Assembly (NCBI GenBank): GCA_016618085.1
Contig: JABLTG010000179.1
Coordinates: 1-36,518, forward strand
Source of the DNA: Neovahlkampfia damariscottae
Taxonomy: Eukaryota
DNA: 36,518 nucleotides
Direction of reading: 5' to 3'
This document shows, in pieces, positions 1 to 10,088 of this stretch. Position numbers and translations under genes: made by a program. Every line of letters begins with the position of its first letter. Position 1 is the stretch's first letter. The notes under the pieces were generated by a model that was not told the origin of the DNA, made no database searches, and was given only the letters and a program-made list of their open reading frames with translations.

Positions 1-116
1 TTTCTAGTTGAACAAAAGGTCTTTTTTGTTCAACTTGAACAACTTCAAGTAAAAATTCTAAAAATAACTGGCAAAATTAAATCTAATTGGCCACTTTTAT
101 CACAATAACCATCAAT

Positions 117-439
117 TCATTGGCCGTTCAACCCGTGTTTATTCATATGAGACGACCAATTAGAAGTTAGTCTAATTGATTTTTGAATCGAGATATGATT
201 TCTTATTTGTGTTTCCGATTTTTCTAGTACAAAAAAATAAATAAATAAATTTTACCTAGTTGTGACATAATTTCTTTTACTTTTTCATCTTTAAAAAAAT
301 CATCCCAATTTCCTTCTTTGCTTGTATAAAAGCCCATTAATTTTTTGATTATTGAAGGCGGAATTTTTGATTTTTTTTGTTGGACTTCCTCTGGTAAACG
401 AGATGGTGACTTTCTTTTACGTTGTGCTCGTTGACTCAT
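117..439 (-). CDS. Small Myb/SANT-like DNA-binding protein, probable second ORF of a PIF/Harbinger element (2 exons, ~97 aa)
   Basis: Removing a GT..AG intron (gtaaaatt...gtactag) gives MSQRAQRKRKSP...GNWDDFFKDEKVKEIMSQLEKSETQIRNHISIQK...*, with TGA at 117-119. It has a basic NLS-like N-terminus, and KSETQIRNH resembles a Myb helix 3. It lies divergent from the transposase. Confidence 0.6.
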
Positions 440-446
440 TTTTTGA

Positions 447-1414
447 CTTTGGAAATTATTTAATTGGAAGAGGAAAGAGTTTCGGACCCAATATACAAAA
501 TATGATCCAAAAGATGTTTATACTGATTTAATTCAAAATCCTATTTTATTTAAGCGATTTGTTAGATTGGAAATTGAAGAATTTAATCAATTACTTTTTG
601 AATTACCCAATTTTTATTCGGAAATTAAATGTTTGGGTTTTAAAAACAAAGTAAACAGCAAAAAATTTAATTCTAATGTTAGATTTTATTGGTTTTAAGT
701 TACATTGCTCATTATCATGAGTATTTGGAGACAACAATCATATTTCAAATTTCGTGTTCATCAATTTCAAAAATATTACAAGAAATGCTACCTTATCTTT
801 ACAACTTTTTTATTCAATTTGTTCCAAATAAAAAAGAGTCTCAAATTCACTTCACAATGAGTGATTGTACAGCATTTATTATTGATGGAACCACTCATCC
901 AATAACTCGTACTTATCCACAAGAATTGTATTACAGAAATGATAAATGTTGCCATTTTCGTCAAACTATGCTTTTAGTTGATTTTGAAGGAAAAATTATA
1001 AGGTTTTATTTATATTTCTTATTTTAGGGTCATAACAAATATTCTAAGGGAAATATCAGGACAATTTGGCAGTTAAATATAACCCATTATTTGATCAAAT
1101 ATTAAAAGAAAGTAATTCGTATGCAATATCAGATTCAAAATTTTATAATTGTGACAATGTTGTTGTTGGTTATTCACAACCACAATTGAAACGTAAAAAA
1201 ATCGAAACTTCAAGTGAACCTTCAAAAAAAAGAAAAAAATTCGATAAAACAGCAAGAACTGAACAAAGAAAAATTGAACATGTAAATAATTTTTTAAAAA
1301 TATGCTTGCTTAAATAATATTTATAAAGAAGATGAATTAAAACATTCAAACATTATTATGATTATTGCAGGCTTGTACAATTGGAGATTTGAACATGGGC
1401 ATTACCAAAGTTAA
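447..1414 (+). pseudogene. PIF/Harbinger (IS5-like, DDE_Tnp_4) transposase, apparently disrupted
   Basis: N-terminal FKRFVRLEIEEFNQLL and HTH-like FQISCSSISKIL; catalytic-type motifs IIDGT, GKYQD, ISDSKFY, RKIEHVNNFLK; C-terminal IIMIIAGLYNWR. Two introns (~651-682, ~1003-1028). Frameshifts near 1047 and 1300; no in-frame ATG found. Confidence 0.8.
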
Positions 1415-1433
1415 TAAATTTTGTTTTTTTTGA

Positions 1434-1522
1434 ATTTGTAAATTTTTGTAAAATGGAAAACTGTCTAAAAAATTCCTCAAATTTACAAAGATTTACAATC
1501 ACTTACAAACCAATCGTAAGTT
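1434..1522. repeat. 10-nt-periodic TTACAA motif array in both orientations
   Basis: ATTTACAAAG/ATTTACAATC/ACTTACAAAC at 1481-1510; inverted ATTTGTAAAT/TTTTGTAAAA at 1434-1453; variant ATCGTAAGTT at 1513-1522. Confidence 0.6.
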
Positions 1523-1625
1523 GGAAAACCATTTACTGCTTCTAGCATGAAAGAATAAAAATTTTGAATGGGAAAAAAAAAATTAAAGAAAAATTATACA
1601 TTTTTGGCATTTTCAGTTCCATATT

Positions 1626-2684
1626 TTATAATTTAGAAATGTTCTGAATCTTTCTGATTGCCAAATATATTTGATGTCCATTGACTTGGCATTGATCAAC
1701 ATTCTTGACAATTTCATCGTGAACTCTGTCAAACAACTCGATCAAAAGAATCTCTTTTTCTTCATTTTTTCTGTTTTTTAACATTAATTCATAAAAGAAT
1801 TCACCATATCCTCTATTCCATGCAATTACTTTTTTAGCATAAATTGATGCTGCTTTATTTATTTCCATGCCATTTTTTAAATGTAAATGATATTCATCAA
1901 ACATTGGATTTGGAAAATAATCAACTTTTGAATCCAATAATTGAAGTTGATATTTTTGAAAAATTTCTTGATCTAAAATATCTTCTTCTTTGCGACGATG
2001 AACAGGTAAATAAAAGGATTGAATTTCTTCTGTTTTTAATTTATTTTGTTTCACCATTTCTTTCATAACTTTCTTTAAAATTTGAAGATAAAAAGGAGGT
2101 TTTAAATTTTCATCGAATGCAACAAAATTGACAATTAAAATACCACCTGGTTTCAACTCCATGGATCTATTTCTTAAAATATTTTCCCAATCTTGTTTTG
2201 CTAAACCTTTGTTCGTTGTCACTTTGTTGTAATTCTCAGAAGCCCAATGAAATGAATTTCCAGAGAAGGCAAAATCAATTGAATTCTCTGGAAATATTTG
2301 TGAATAAAATGATTTTCCAATGCAACTGCATAAAACATTGTTTTCAAAATTTAAAATTTCATCTTTTTGATTAATGAGAGAAAACAAAGTTTGCCATTGA
2401 TTTGATTCACGATCTGTGAAATAAATATGAACTTTTGATTCTTTTTTAGCTGTTTTTATTAATGAAATAACATGTTTCATAAGAATAGTAGCATTTTTTC
2501 CTTCTGAACTCCCATAATCTGCGATGAATAGCTGTTTTTTATTTTTTTCAAATAAATAAGAAGGTATGTATTTGTTGATGAATATAAAATTCTGTTCGAG
2601 AGCTTTTAATTGTGGTTCTGAAGAATCTGTATAAGTTGTGGACATTTGAAAATGTTCCTCATACTTTTGTGTGGTGGGATTCAT
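1626..2684 (-). CDS. SABATH-family SAM-dependent carboxyl methyltransferase (Methyltransf_7), intronless, C-terminal SKL
   Basis: Motifs IADYGSSEGKN, FTDRESNQWQTLF, GKSFYSQIFPENSIDFAFSGNSFHW, QDWENILRNRSMELKPGG. Confidence 0.9.
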   Translation of the reverse strand: MNPTTQKYEEHFQMSTTYTDSSEPQLKALEQNFIFINKYIPSYLFEKNKKQLFIADYGSSEGKNATILMKHVISLIKTAKKESKVHIYFTDRESNQWQTLFSLINQKDEILNFENNVLCSCIGKSFYSQIFPENSIDFAFSGNSFHWASENYNKVTTNKGLAKQDWENILRNRSMELKPGGILIVNFVAFDENLKPPFYLQILKKVMKEMVKQNKLKTEEIQSFYLPVHRRKEEDILDQEIFQKYQLQLLDSKVDYFPNPMFDEYHLHLKNGMEINKAASIYAKKVIAWNRGYGEFFYELMLKNRKNEEKEILLIELFDRVHDEIVKNVDQCQVNGHQIYLAIRKIQNISKL

Positions 2685-2836
2685 GTTTAAAATTGACCAA
2701 TAAAACTCCTAAGGAAGAAAAATAAAGAAATTTCCATTTTTCTTTTTTTTTTTCAAAACAGTAATTCTCATGGACTAAATAAGGAAATCAATACAAATTT
2801 GACCAATCAACTCCAACAGCTCTAAAAGTAAAACAG

Positions 2837-3130
2837 ATGGAAATTGAAACCAAACAAGATACAGAAAACATTATAACAGAGTTCCAAAAAGGATACTCAT
2901 GGAAATATGAGTTGGACCAACAACAAAGAAAAACCAGAATCATACAGATGGCTGTAAGCGACAACTTAGAAATTTTTGATCTTGGAGAAGGTTATTCAAA
3001 ACCAAAAAGAAAACTATCTGATCCTATAGGAAGTGATCCTTTTGAAATATTCAAAGACGTAAAATCAAAAAGTAAACTACAGTTGGACCAAAATCAAAAA
3101 CCTGACTCTGTACAAAATAGCCCATTGTAA
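2837..3130 (+). CDS. Hypothetical protein, 97 aa
   Basis: Clean ATG ORF with a CCAAT box ~30 nt upstream; no recognised domain. Confidence 0.55.
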   Translation: MEIETKQDTENIITEFQKGYSWKYELDQQQRKTRIIQMAVSDNLEIFDLGEGYSKPKRKLSDPIGSDPFEIFKDVKSKSKLQLDQNQKPDSVQNSPL

Positions 3131-3132
3131 AA

Positions 3133-3800
3133 TCAATCAATAATCAATTTTATTTCGCTCAATGAATCTATTTTATAAGTTGAATCATGTTCCAGTGTTA
3201 CATTATTTGAATTAAAATAACATGTTTGTGTTCCTGCATTGATACCACATTTTATGTCATGAATTGAGTCTCCAACCATCAATATATTTTCTGCTGGTAT
3301 TTTCCAAACATTTGAGATGTATTCCAAAGAATATGGATGAGGCTTTACTCTAAACTCTTTTTCCATTTGAAATTCTCTTGAAATTATTGGATCAAAAACG
3401 TTTTTGATTTTATGAGTTTTGTATAATTTCTCCAAGAAAAATTTAGTAGAAGCTTCACTGTTTCTTGTCAACAACCCAATTGGAATTTTTTTTTTTTTTA
3501 AATGTGACAGTACAACCTCAATTTCTGGCTGGAATTGTAATTTAATATTTCCTTCCTCTTGTAATTTTTAATTTAATTGACATTTTTGTACCTTCCATTT
3601 CATGAATAATTTGAAATGCTTCTTGTTTTTTTGAATCTCCATATTGATGAATTATTTGCAAAACGTCGCCTTTTGGTATTTTCAATTTCTCTCTCATTAA
3701 CTAAAAGTTCAATTTATTATTTCCATACAGAAAAATTTAAACATGGAACTGTCAAAGTTCCATCCAAGTCAAAAACTATTCCTTTAATGTTTTTTGTCAT
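3133..3800 (-). CDS. HAD-superfamily hydrolase (3 exons)
   Basis: Spliced: MTKNIKGIVFDLDGTL (motif I)...GLLTRN (II)...KPHP (III)...MVGDSIHDIKCG (IV). An alternative in-frame ATG lies at 3821. Confidence 0.9.
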
Positions 3801-3842
3801 TGAAAAAAGAAATGGTTTCATTGGATATTTCACCGGATAAAT
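3801..3842. promoter_or_regulatory. Minimal bidirectional promoter with central CCAAT box
   Basis: 42 nt between divergent ATGs (3800 and 3843); ATTGG at 3820-3824. Confidence 0.55.
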
Positions 3843-4349
3843 ATGAAGTTATTGGTTGTTGTTCTTGTAGTTTTTGTTGGAATTATTTACAACTATAACA
3901 TTCAAAATTCAGGTTATTCTTTGGAAGTAATTTTGAAAGCACCACCAAAAGATATTCTACCTTGGTTTATTGACGAAAAAATAACAAAATGGGCAGATGG
4001 AATAATTGATTCAAAGATTATAGGAAACAAAGAAACTAAAAAAGGACTTAAAATAGTGCAAGTATACCAAATGAACGAGAATTATCAATTGAAAATGAAT
4101 TTTGAAGTAATAAATTACGAAAAAGAAAAATTAATTCAATTTGATATTGATTCTGAAGCATTTCAAGAAATTTTGACTGTGACATTTGAAAGAATAGCTG
4201 AAAGAGAAACTAAAATTTTTTATCATGCCGACCTTCGTTGGAAAAGTTTCATCACAAAAATTTTGTCTCCAATCACATCAATTTATACAAAATATAAATT
4301 ACAAAAGAGCTTTGATAAATTAAAGGAATTATTGTGCACAACACAATAA
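3843..4349 (+). CDS. SRPBCC/START-like (polyketide cyclase-type) protein with N-terminal signal or anchor
   Basis: Hydrophobic N-terminus; ILKAPPKDILPWF...KW pattern; C-terminal helix SFDKLKELL. Confidence 0.7.
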   Translation: MKLLVVVLVVFVGIIYNYNIQNSGYSLEVILKAPPKDILPWFIDEKITKWADGIIDSKIIGNKETKKGLKIVQVYQMNENYQLKMNFEVINYEKEKLIQFDIDSEAFQEILTVTFERIAERETKIFYHADLRWKSFITKILSPITSIYTKYKLQKSFDKLKELLCTTQ

Positions 4350-4523
4350 CTCTTAAACACAATTCGAATATTCATCAAAAATTCAGTGTTTTTTTTTTTC
4401 AACTCCTGGAATAATTTCCTTCTGCGAACTTTGATTATCCACAGATTGAATGAAATTTTTTAGAGGAAAAATGAAATAATTTTTTTTTTCATTTCAATTA
4501 TCTTATTGGTCAAATCCAAAACG

Positions 4524-6513
4524 ATGAACATTTTGGATAAGAACAAACCACAACTCGATAAATTAAAAGAGACACTAAAATCTGTCAAAAAAGGTTCAAA
4601 AATAAAAAATCTAACAATTAGAACAACTTGATGACTTCTTCCAAGTCGTAACAAAAGTTCTTGAAGAAGAGCCTGAACTATTGACAAAAAACACGGAACT
4701 AGTGATCAAAGAGTTAACTGATAATATGAGTAAGTCGAAAATATTCTCACTTTTTTTTTCATAGAAATCAGTATACCAGAAAATCCTCTTCTTGAGTTTT
4801 TTACGGAACATTTAAAAAAATTGACTACAGACGAAGAACGAAGCATTAACATTCAAATATCGATTCTTTTTAGTTTATTTACTTTCGAATTATGTCAAAC
4901 TCCTGAATTTTGTTCATACATTTTTCAAAATTCAAATTACTTCAAAAGAATTTCTAAAACACTATCAGAGTTAAGGGAAGACTTGGAATACACAAACTAT
5001 ACATTTAAAACCATCAAATTACTTTCAAAATATGGTAAAACAAAATCAAAAATTTAAAAAATTAGACAGAGGAGTTTATCAAATCAAAGTTTATCTTTTA
5101 GACAATATCGTCGAAATTCTCACTAAAACAGAAGATGTTGATATTTGTAAAAATGCTGGATTAACCTTAAAAGAGTTATTCATTCATTATGACATCAGAA
5201 AATATATCAAAGAACATCATAATATTGGTTCAATACTATACGCACTTGAATCTCATCATATAGAAGAAGCTTCATTTTTATCCGAATTTTTTATGGATTT
5301 AGTGACAAAAGATAGTAATGATGAATCATTTTCTCCAGTCAAAAATTCATCAATTCTATTGATTTTCCAATTTCTAGATTTGGAATCTATTTCTAATTTT
5401 AGAAAAACTTCGAAACGTTATTTTGATATTTCCAAAGGTAATAATTAATTATATTTTGTTAATTTCAAAAGATGATTCAATTTGGTTGAGGTTTCATCCT
5501 TATTTGCTTGATCATTATTTCAAAGTCGAAAAATTCATGCCACCAAAAGAATCAAAATATTTCCAATTATTAGAAGAAAAAAAAAACTATTTTGATGTTT
5601 GTAGTGAGTTGATGAATCATTTGAACAAATATATTCAAGAGAAAAAGGAAACTAAAATCGACATTTATTTACATGGATATTATAAATCAAGTTATGTTGG
5701 TTATGATCAAATAGTAAAACCTGAAGTAGAGTTATTAGATCATTTCATTCATTTTGAAACTCATCAACCGACAAAATTAAAATGTGCGCTTGTAGGCAAT
5801 GAAACTGTTGGAAAATCAAAATTAAAAGAAGCTCTTTTAAAAGATCGAGGAGGTAAGCAATTTTATATTCTTAATAATTCTAAGATTTAAATAACAATAT
5901 AATTGCTTCTTTTTTGAAAGATGACATTTATTTTCATATAGATGAATATAATGAAGCAAAATATAAAAGTAGAAGTTTGATGAATGAATCAAAATGGGAT
6001 GTTGAAACAGATGTTGTTTTATTATGTTTTTCAGTTGATGATTATGATTCTTATAATCACTTAATCAATAAATGGGCTCCTGAAATCAAAAAATTATGTG
6101 GAAAAGCAGTTCTTATTGTAGTTGGAACTAAAACAAGTCTCAGGGATGATAAAGAGACCATCAAAAAAATGAAACTAAAAGGACAGTCACCTATCACAGA
6201 AAAGGAAGGAAAAGTATTGGCTGAAGTCACAGGAAGTGTTGCATATGTTGAAGTTTCTGTTATTGAAGAAATTGGAATTAAAAAATGTTTAGAAGTAGCA
6301 ATTCGAAGTCATTTTGTTTGTTCAAGTTCAAAAAACAGAAAAAGTAATTATGGAAGGAAATCTAAAGATCTATCTTCATTATTCAAAAAGGCCAAATCGG
6401 CAAGAGCATCTACAGATTTAGGATCAAAAGATGAAGTTCCGGAAATGAAAAAATCGGAAAAGAGAAAATCAAAAGTTTTGACTTTTATTGAAGATAAATT
6501 ACGATTTAAATAA
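4524..6513 (+). CDS. Helical (ARM-like) region + F-box + degenerate Rho-like GTPase domain (about 6 exons)
   Basis: The frame is continuous after removing 5 GT-AG introns. F-box SILLIFQFLDLESISNFRKTSKRYFDISKDDSIW; P-loop KCALVGNETVGKS; Rho-type DVVLLCFSVDDYDSYNHLINKWAPEI, LIVVGTK and YVEVS. Confidence 0.75.
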
Positions 6514-6661
6514 ATAAACTTTCGGAATTCAGGAATTTCGGAATTTTATTTTCGGGTGTCATTGTCATTATTTTGGCAAAATTTGAAAAAATTACCAAAT
6601 CAAGAATTATGATAAATAGCCAAATTAGGACAAATTTTTTCATTTCCATACCCAAACAACA

Positions 6662-7072
6662 ATGGTCAACACTGAGAGAAGAGAAGTTTCTAAGGAAGAG
6701 TTTGAAGCATGTTTTGGGTACACAATGAATGAAGCCTGTACAATACTTAAAATACAAATGAAAGATCTAAAAAGACTTTGTCGAAAGTATAATGTTACTA
6801 AATGGCCAAAAAAAACAAAACTAGATTTAAATTTTATGAAAGTTTATAAAGAAGAGAACTTTAAACAGAAAGAAAAACTTCCAACATCTGCAAAAAAAAA
6901 AAAAGTAAAGAAACAAACACAAGAAGATTCACAAAAGTCAGATGTTAAAAATTCAAATTCAGAAGATGTTCAAAAATCAAAAGTCGGTATGAATAGCCTT
7001 TTAACTGAAACAAATCCACAGCATGTTTTATCAGAATTTCATTGGATGTCCGAAGATGTGAAAAAAAAATAG
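6662..7072 (+). CDS. RWP-RK domain transcription factor (paralog 1)
   Basis: VSKEEFEACFGYTMNEACTILKIQMKDLKRLCRKYNVTKWP. Confidence 0.85.
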   Translation: MVNTERREVSKEEFEACFGYTMNEACTILKIQMKDLKRLCRKYNVTKWPKKTKLDLNFMKVYKEENFKQKEKLPTSAKKKKVKKQTQEDSQKSDVKNSNSEDVQKSKVGMNSLLTETNPQHVLSEFHWMSEDVKKK

Positions 7073-7461
7073 AAAAAATTGTTGAATAAATTCATTTTGA
7101 ATTTCGTGAGCTATTTGATGCAATGTTATTCAAAGAACTATTTTTTTTTAAAAATGGAAGTAAATGGAAGTCATTTTTTTTTTCTTAATTTTTACTTTTT
7201 TTTTTTTTCAAATTCGATGGAAAATTGCTCCTTCTGTGTATATCGACATTGGTAGCTGGAACAATTCGGAATTTATCGGAAATTTAAGCGTTTTCCGTAG
7301 TTGTAAATATCCTTTTTTCAGAGATGTGACGGTCCATTTATGGATTTGGAGCAAATATTCTTCGAACCAAAAATGGTAATTTTTCGGGTTTGAACCTAAT
7401 TTTCAGCACAATTTTGGATAAATCCATATTTCTCATCCATTGGACAACCGTTGTCACCACC

Positions 7462-7926
7462 ATGAAAGAAGTTTCCAAGCAAGACGTGCAGAATTGCTTT
7501 GGTCATTCCATGAGTGAAGCGTGCGTCATTTTGGGCATAGAACTCAAAAATTTGAAGCGACTGTGTAGGCAGTACAATATTAAAAGATGGCCAAAGAAAA
7601 CAATATTAGATTTGAACTTCAAAAAAGAGTACAAGTACAAACAAAAAAATGATAATGTTGATGAATTAAAAGGTAAGAATGAACATGATTTTCTTCAAGA
7701 TAAAATATCTATTTTTCAGTCCAATTCTCAAGGGTCTCCAAAAATGAACCATGAAATCAAAGACGAAATCTTAAAGTCACCTAGAAAACAACAGTTATCA
7801 GTGCAGAATTTATTAAATCATTCTGAAAATTCTCATTCAATTCCTTATACTGAATTACCCTGGTTCCATTCAAATAAAAAAGATGTATCAAAGTCAAATA
7901 ATTCCAACAATAATAACGATGAATGA
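7462..7926 (+). CDS. RWP-RK domain transcription factor (paralog 2)
   Basis: VSKQDVQNCFGHSMSEACVILGIELKNLKRLCRQYNIKRWP; first ATG at 7462. Confidence 0.85.
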   Translation: MKEVSKQDVQNCFGHSMSEACVILGIELKNLKRLCRQYNIKRWPKKTILDLNFKKEYKYKQKNDNVDELKGKNEHDFLQDKISIFQSNSQGSPKMNHEIKDEILKSPRKQQLSVQNLLNHSENSHSIPYTELPWFHSNKKDVSKSNNSNNNNDE

Positions 7927-8423
7927 AAGTTTAACTCTTTGTTTTTTGAATTGTGCATGTTTAATATTGAGCCAATCAATGTCTGGTGTTTTTTCCACAA
8001 CAGCATTCACCAGACAAAAAAATTCATCACTTGAGATTCGATCCTCAACCATATATTTCCGTATTAATTAACTGTGGAATCACATTATGGTGTTCCAATA
8101 ATATAACGAAGGATGAGAATAATTGAAGGAAGTATCATTTCAATTATTTATATAATCATCTTTTTCCTTCAATAATAACTATTTCAAAAATGAGGATTTA
8201 CAAATCTTACAGATACCTAAAAAGATAATCCTCAAACCTTTGAGGATATTTTGAACTTAAAATTTGTTGTTTTTTGATGAAAAACCAACCTTTGTCACAA
8301 TAAATATTTCATCAAAAAATATGGCACTAATGAAAAATACAACAGATGTTTAAAGACATTTTTTTCATCTAAAAACTTTAATTAAGATTTTTCACGATTG
8401 AGATTGTTAAATCAATTAAATAT

Positions 8424-9845
8424 TTATTCTTCATCCATTGATATATCTTTTACAAATAACGCTGCTTTAGGGCATAAATTTTCAGATTTTAAAGTCAAAT
8501 TTTGGATATTAGAGATATTGTAGTTCTTTTTTGGAAAATTTAAAAACAATTCGATTTTTTCAGAATCCAAACCATATTTGACTTCCAAGAAATCAAATAA
8601 TAATTCTATTGTATCTGTATCTTTAAACTTTCTTTCAATTTTTGATCCATTTGATAATCTGAACAAAATTTTTGAAATTTCTTTTTCTCCATCTTTTGGT
8701 TCGTCAGGAAAATTTTTTTTCTTTTTTTCAAAATTTAATTTTTTTTGATTTTCCAATTCTTCTTTTTGTTTTCTTTCCATTTCTGCTTTTTCTTTTTCAA
8801 TTTTTTCTTTTTCAAATTTTTCTAAATCCTTTTTAACAATTTCTTGATACTTCAAATCTTGCTCATCAAGCAATACTTCTGTTTTACTTTTTTGATAATT
8901 TGATGTTGTATCAATATCTTCTTTCAATAAATCACCATAAGTTTCTAAAACATGAAATAATTTTGATATTAAATTATCAATTTCTATTGGTCCTTCAATA
9001 ATATCCAAGATAGAAATGCTCTTATTAAAATAAGCAACAAGAGATGTTGCTGGGAATATTTTTGGTTCAAATGTTGATCCAATCATTCCATTTCTCATCA
9101 TCATCCTTTGTAAAGATGCAATTTGTTTTTCATTTTCAATATTTCCACACCACAAAATGAAGTTGTTAGAAATCATTTCTAAAATAATTTCGTTGCTTAA
9201 AATTTTTCTTTTTTGTTAATATATTGTTTGTTTTACTTGCAAAATAATACAGAATCTTCAATACTTTCAGAATACAAAATTGAAATTAAAATCTTTGATT
9301 GTCTTCTACTTTCATCAAATGCATCATCATAAGTGCCATTGAAAAAATATGGATGATCTTTTGAGTTTGATATTAATTCAAGAAATTGTCTTAAATCTTC
9401 TGGTTGTTTTTCAATGACCATAACATCATCACTATCATTATCAATTTCATCATCACTTTCAATTTCAAACACGTTTTGTTTTTCAGAATATTTTTGATTA
9501 AATTCTTCTTTATTAATCTCTTCAAAGTCTAATTCTTGAATATTATTTTCTGTTTCATTTTCCACGTCCACAAAATCTTCATTTGTTCCGACTATCGTAA
9601 TTTTGGATTTGTTCTTCAAACCAAGTTCTGATAGAGTTGTCTTTTAAAGATTAGAAATAATATTTTCTTACAAATTCATCTTTTCCGTTCAGATTTTTTA
9701 TTCCTAAAATTTTTTGACGATTTTTTGGTACTCCGAGGATAAATTCAACAAGTTCTTTGAGTTTTGAAATAGTACAATTTGTATCAAACTGTAGAGGATA
9801 AGTTTCTTTGTTGTAGTTAATTATTAGTTCTATTTCTTCACTCAT
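8424..9845 (-). CDS. FAF1/UBXN-like p97 cofactor (UBL + UAS + coiled coil + UBX), 3 exons
   Basis: N-terminal Ub-like (ILGVPKNRQKILG), UAS (HPYFFNGTYDDAF...NNFILWCG), UBX (DEP...KILFRLSNGSKIERKF...NFPKK). Confidence 0.85.
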
Positions 9846-10088
9846 TCTTTTTCGGAAATGAAAATCTATTTTTAAGAATTTGTCCAATTAGAGGATTATT
9901 TGTGGAAAACAAAACTAAATTAAATGATCTAAATTTAAAATATATGAAGGAAAATTATCTTCAGCAAAAAAATACCATCAGCAGAGAATTGAACTTTAAA
10001 GAAATGTGACTTGACTATAGAACTTTGCAAGATCATTTGAAAATCCATCAAGACAAATAATATAGGCAAATGAAATCCCTTAAAATAT

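Larger units (their letters stand above)
117..1530. mobile_element. PIF/Harbinger-like DNA transposon (transposase, Myb-like gene and flanking repeats); boundaries approximate, left end possibly outside the window
   Basis: Two-ORF architecture typical of Harbinger elements, plus the repeat array at 1434-1522. No matching TIR pair found in the window. Confidence 0.6.

Noticed and set aside
1434..1522. CRISPR-like or telomeric array
   Set aside because: Units are 10 nt, imperfect, in both orientations and have no spacers; the context is eukaryotic.
1..1550. CTAG at 4-7 and ~1542-1545 as a target-site duplication with TIRs
   Set aside because: The sequences inside the two CTAGs are not inverted repeats of each other.
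8285..8315. Aldo-keto reductase fragment (DEIFIVTKVG)
   Set aside because: Only a 10-aa resemblance; no other AKR motifs nearby.
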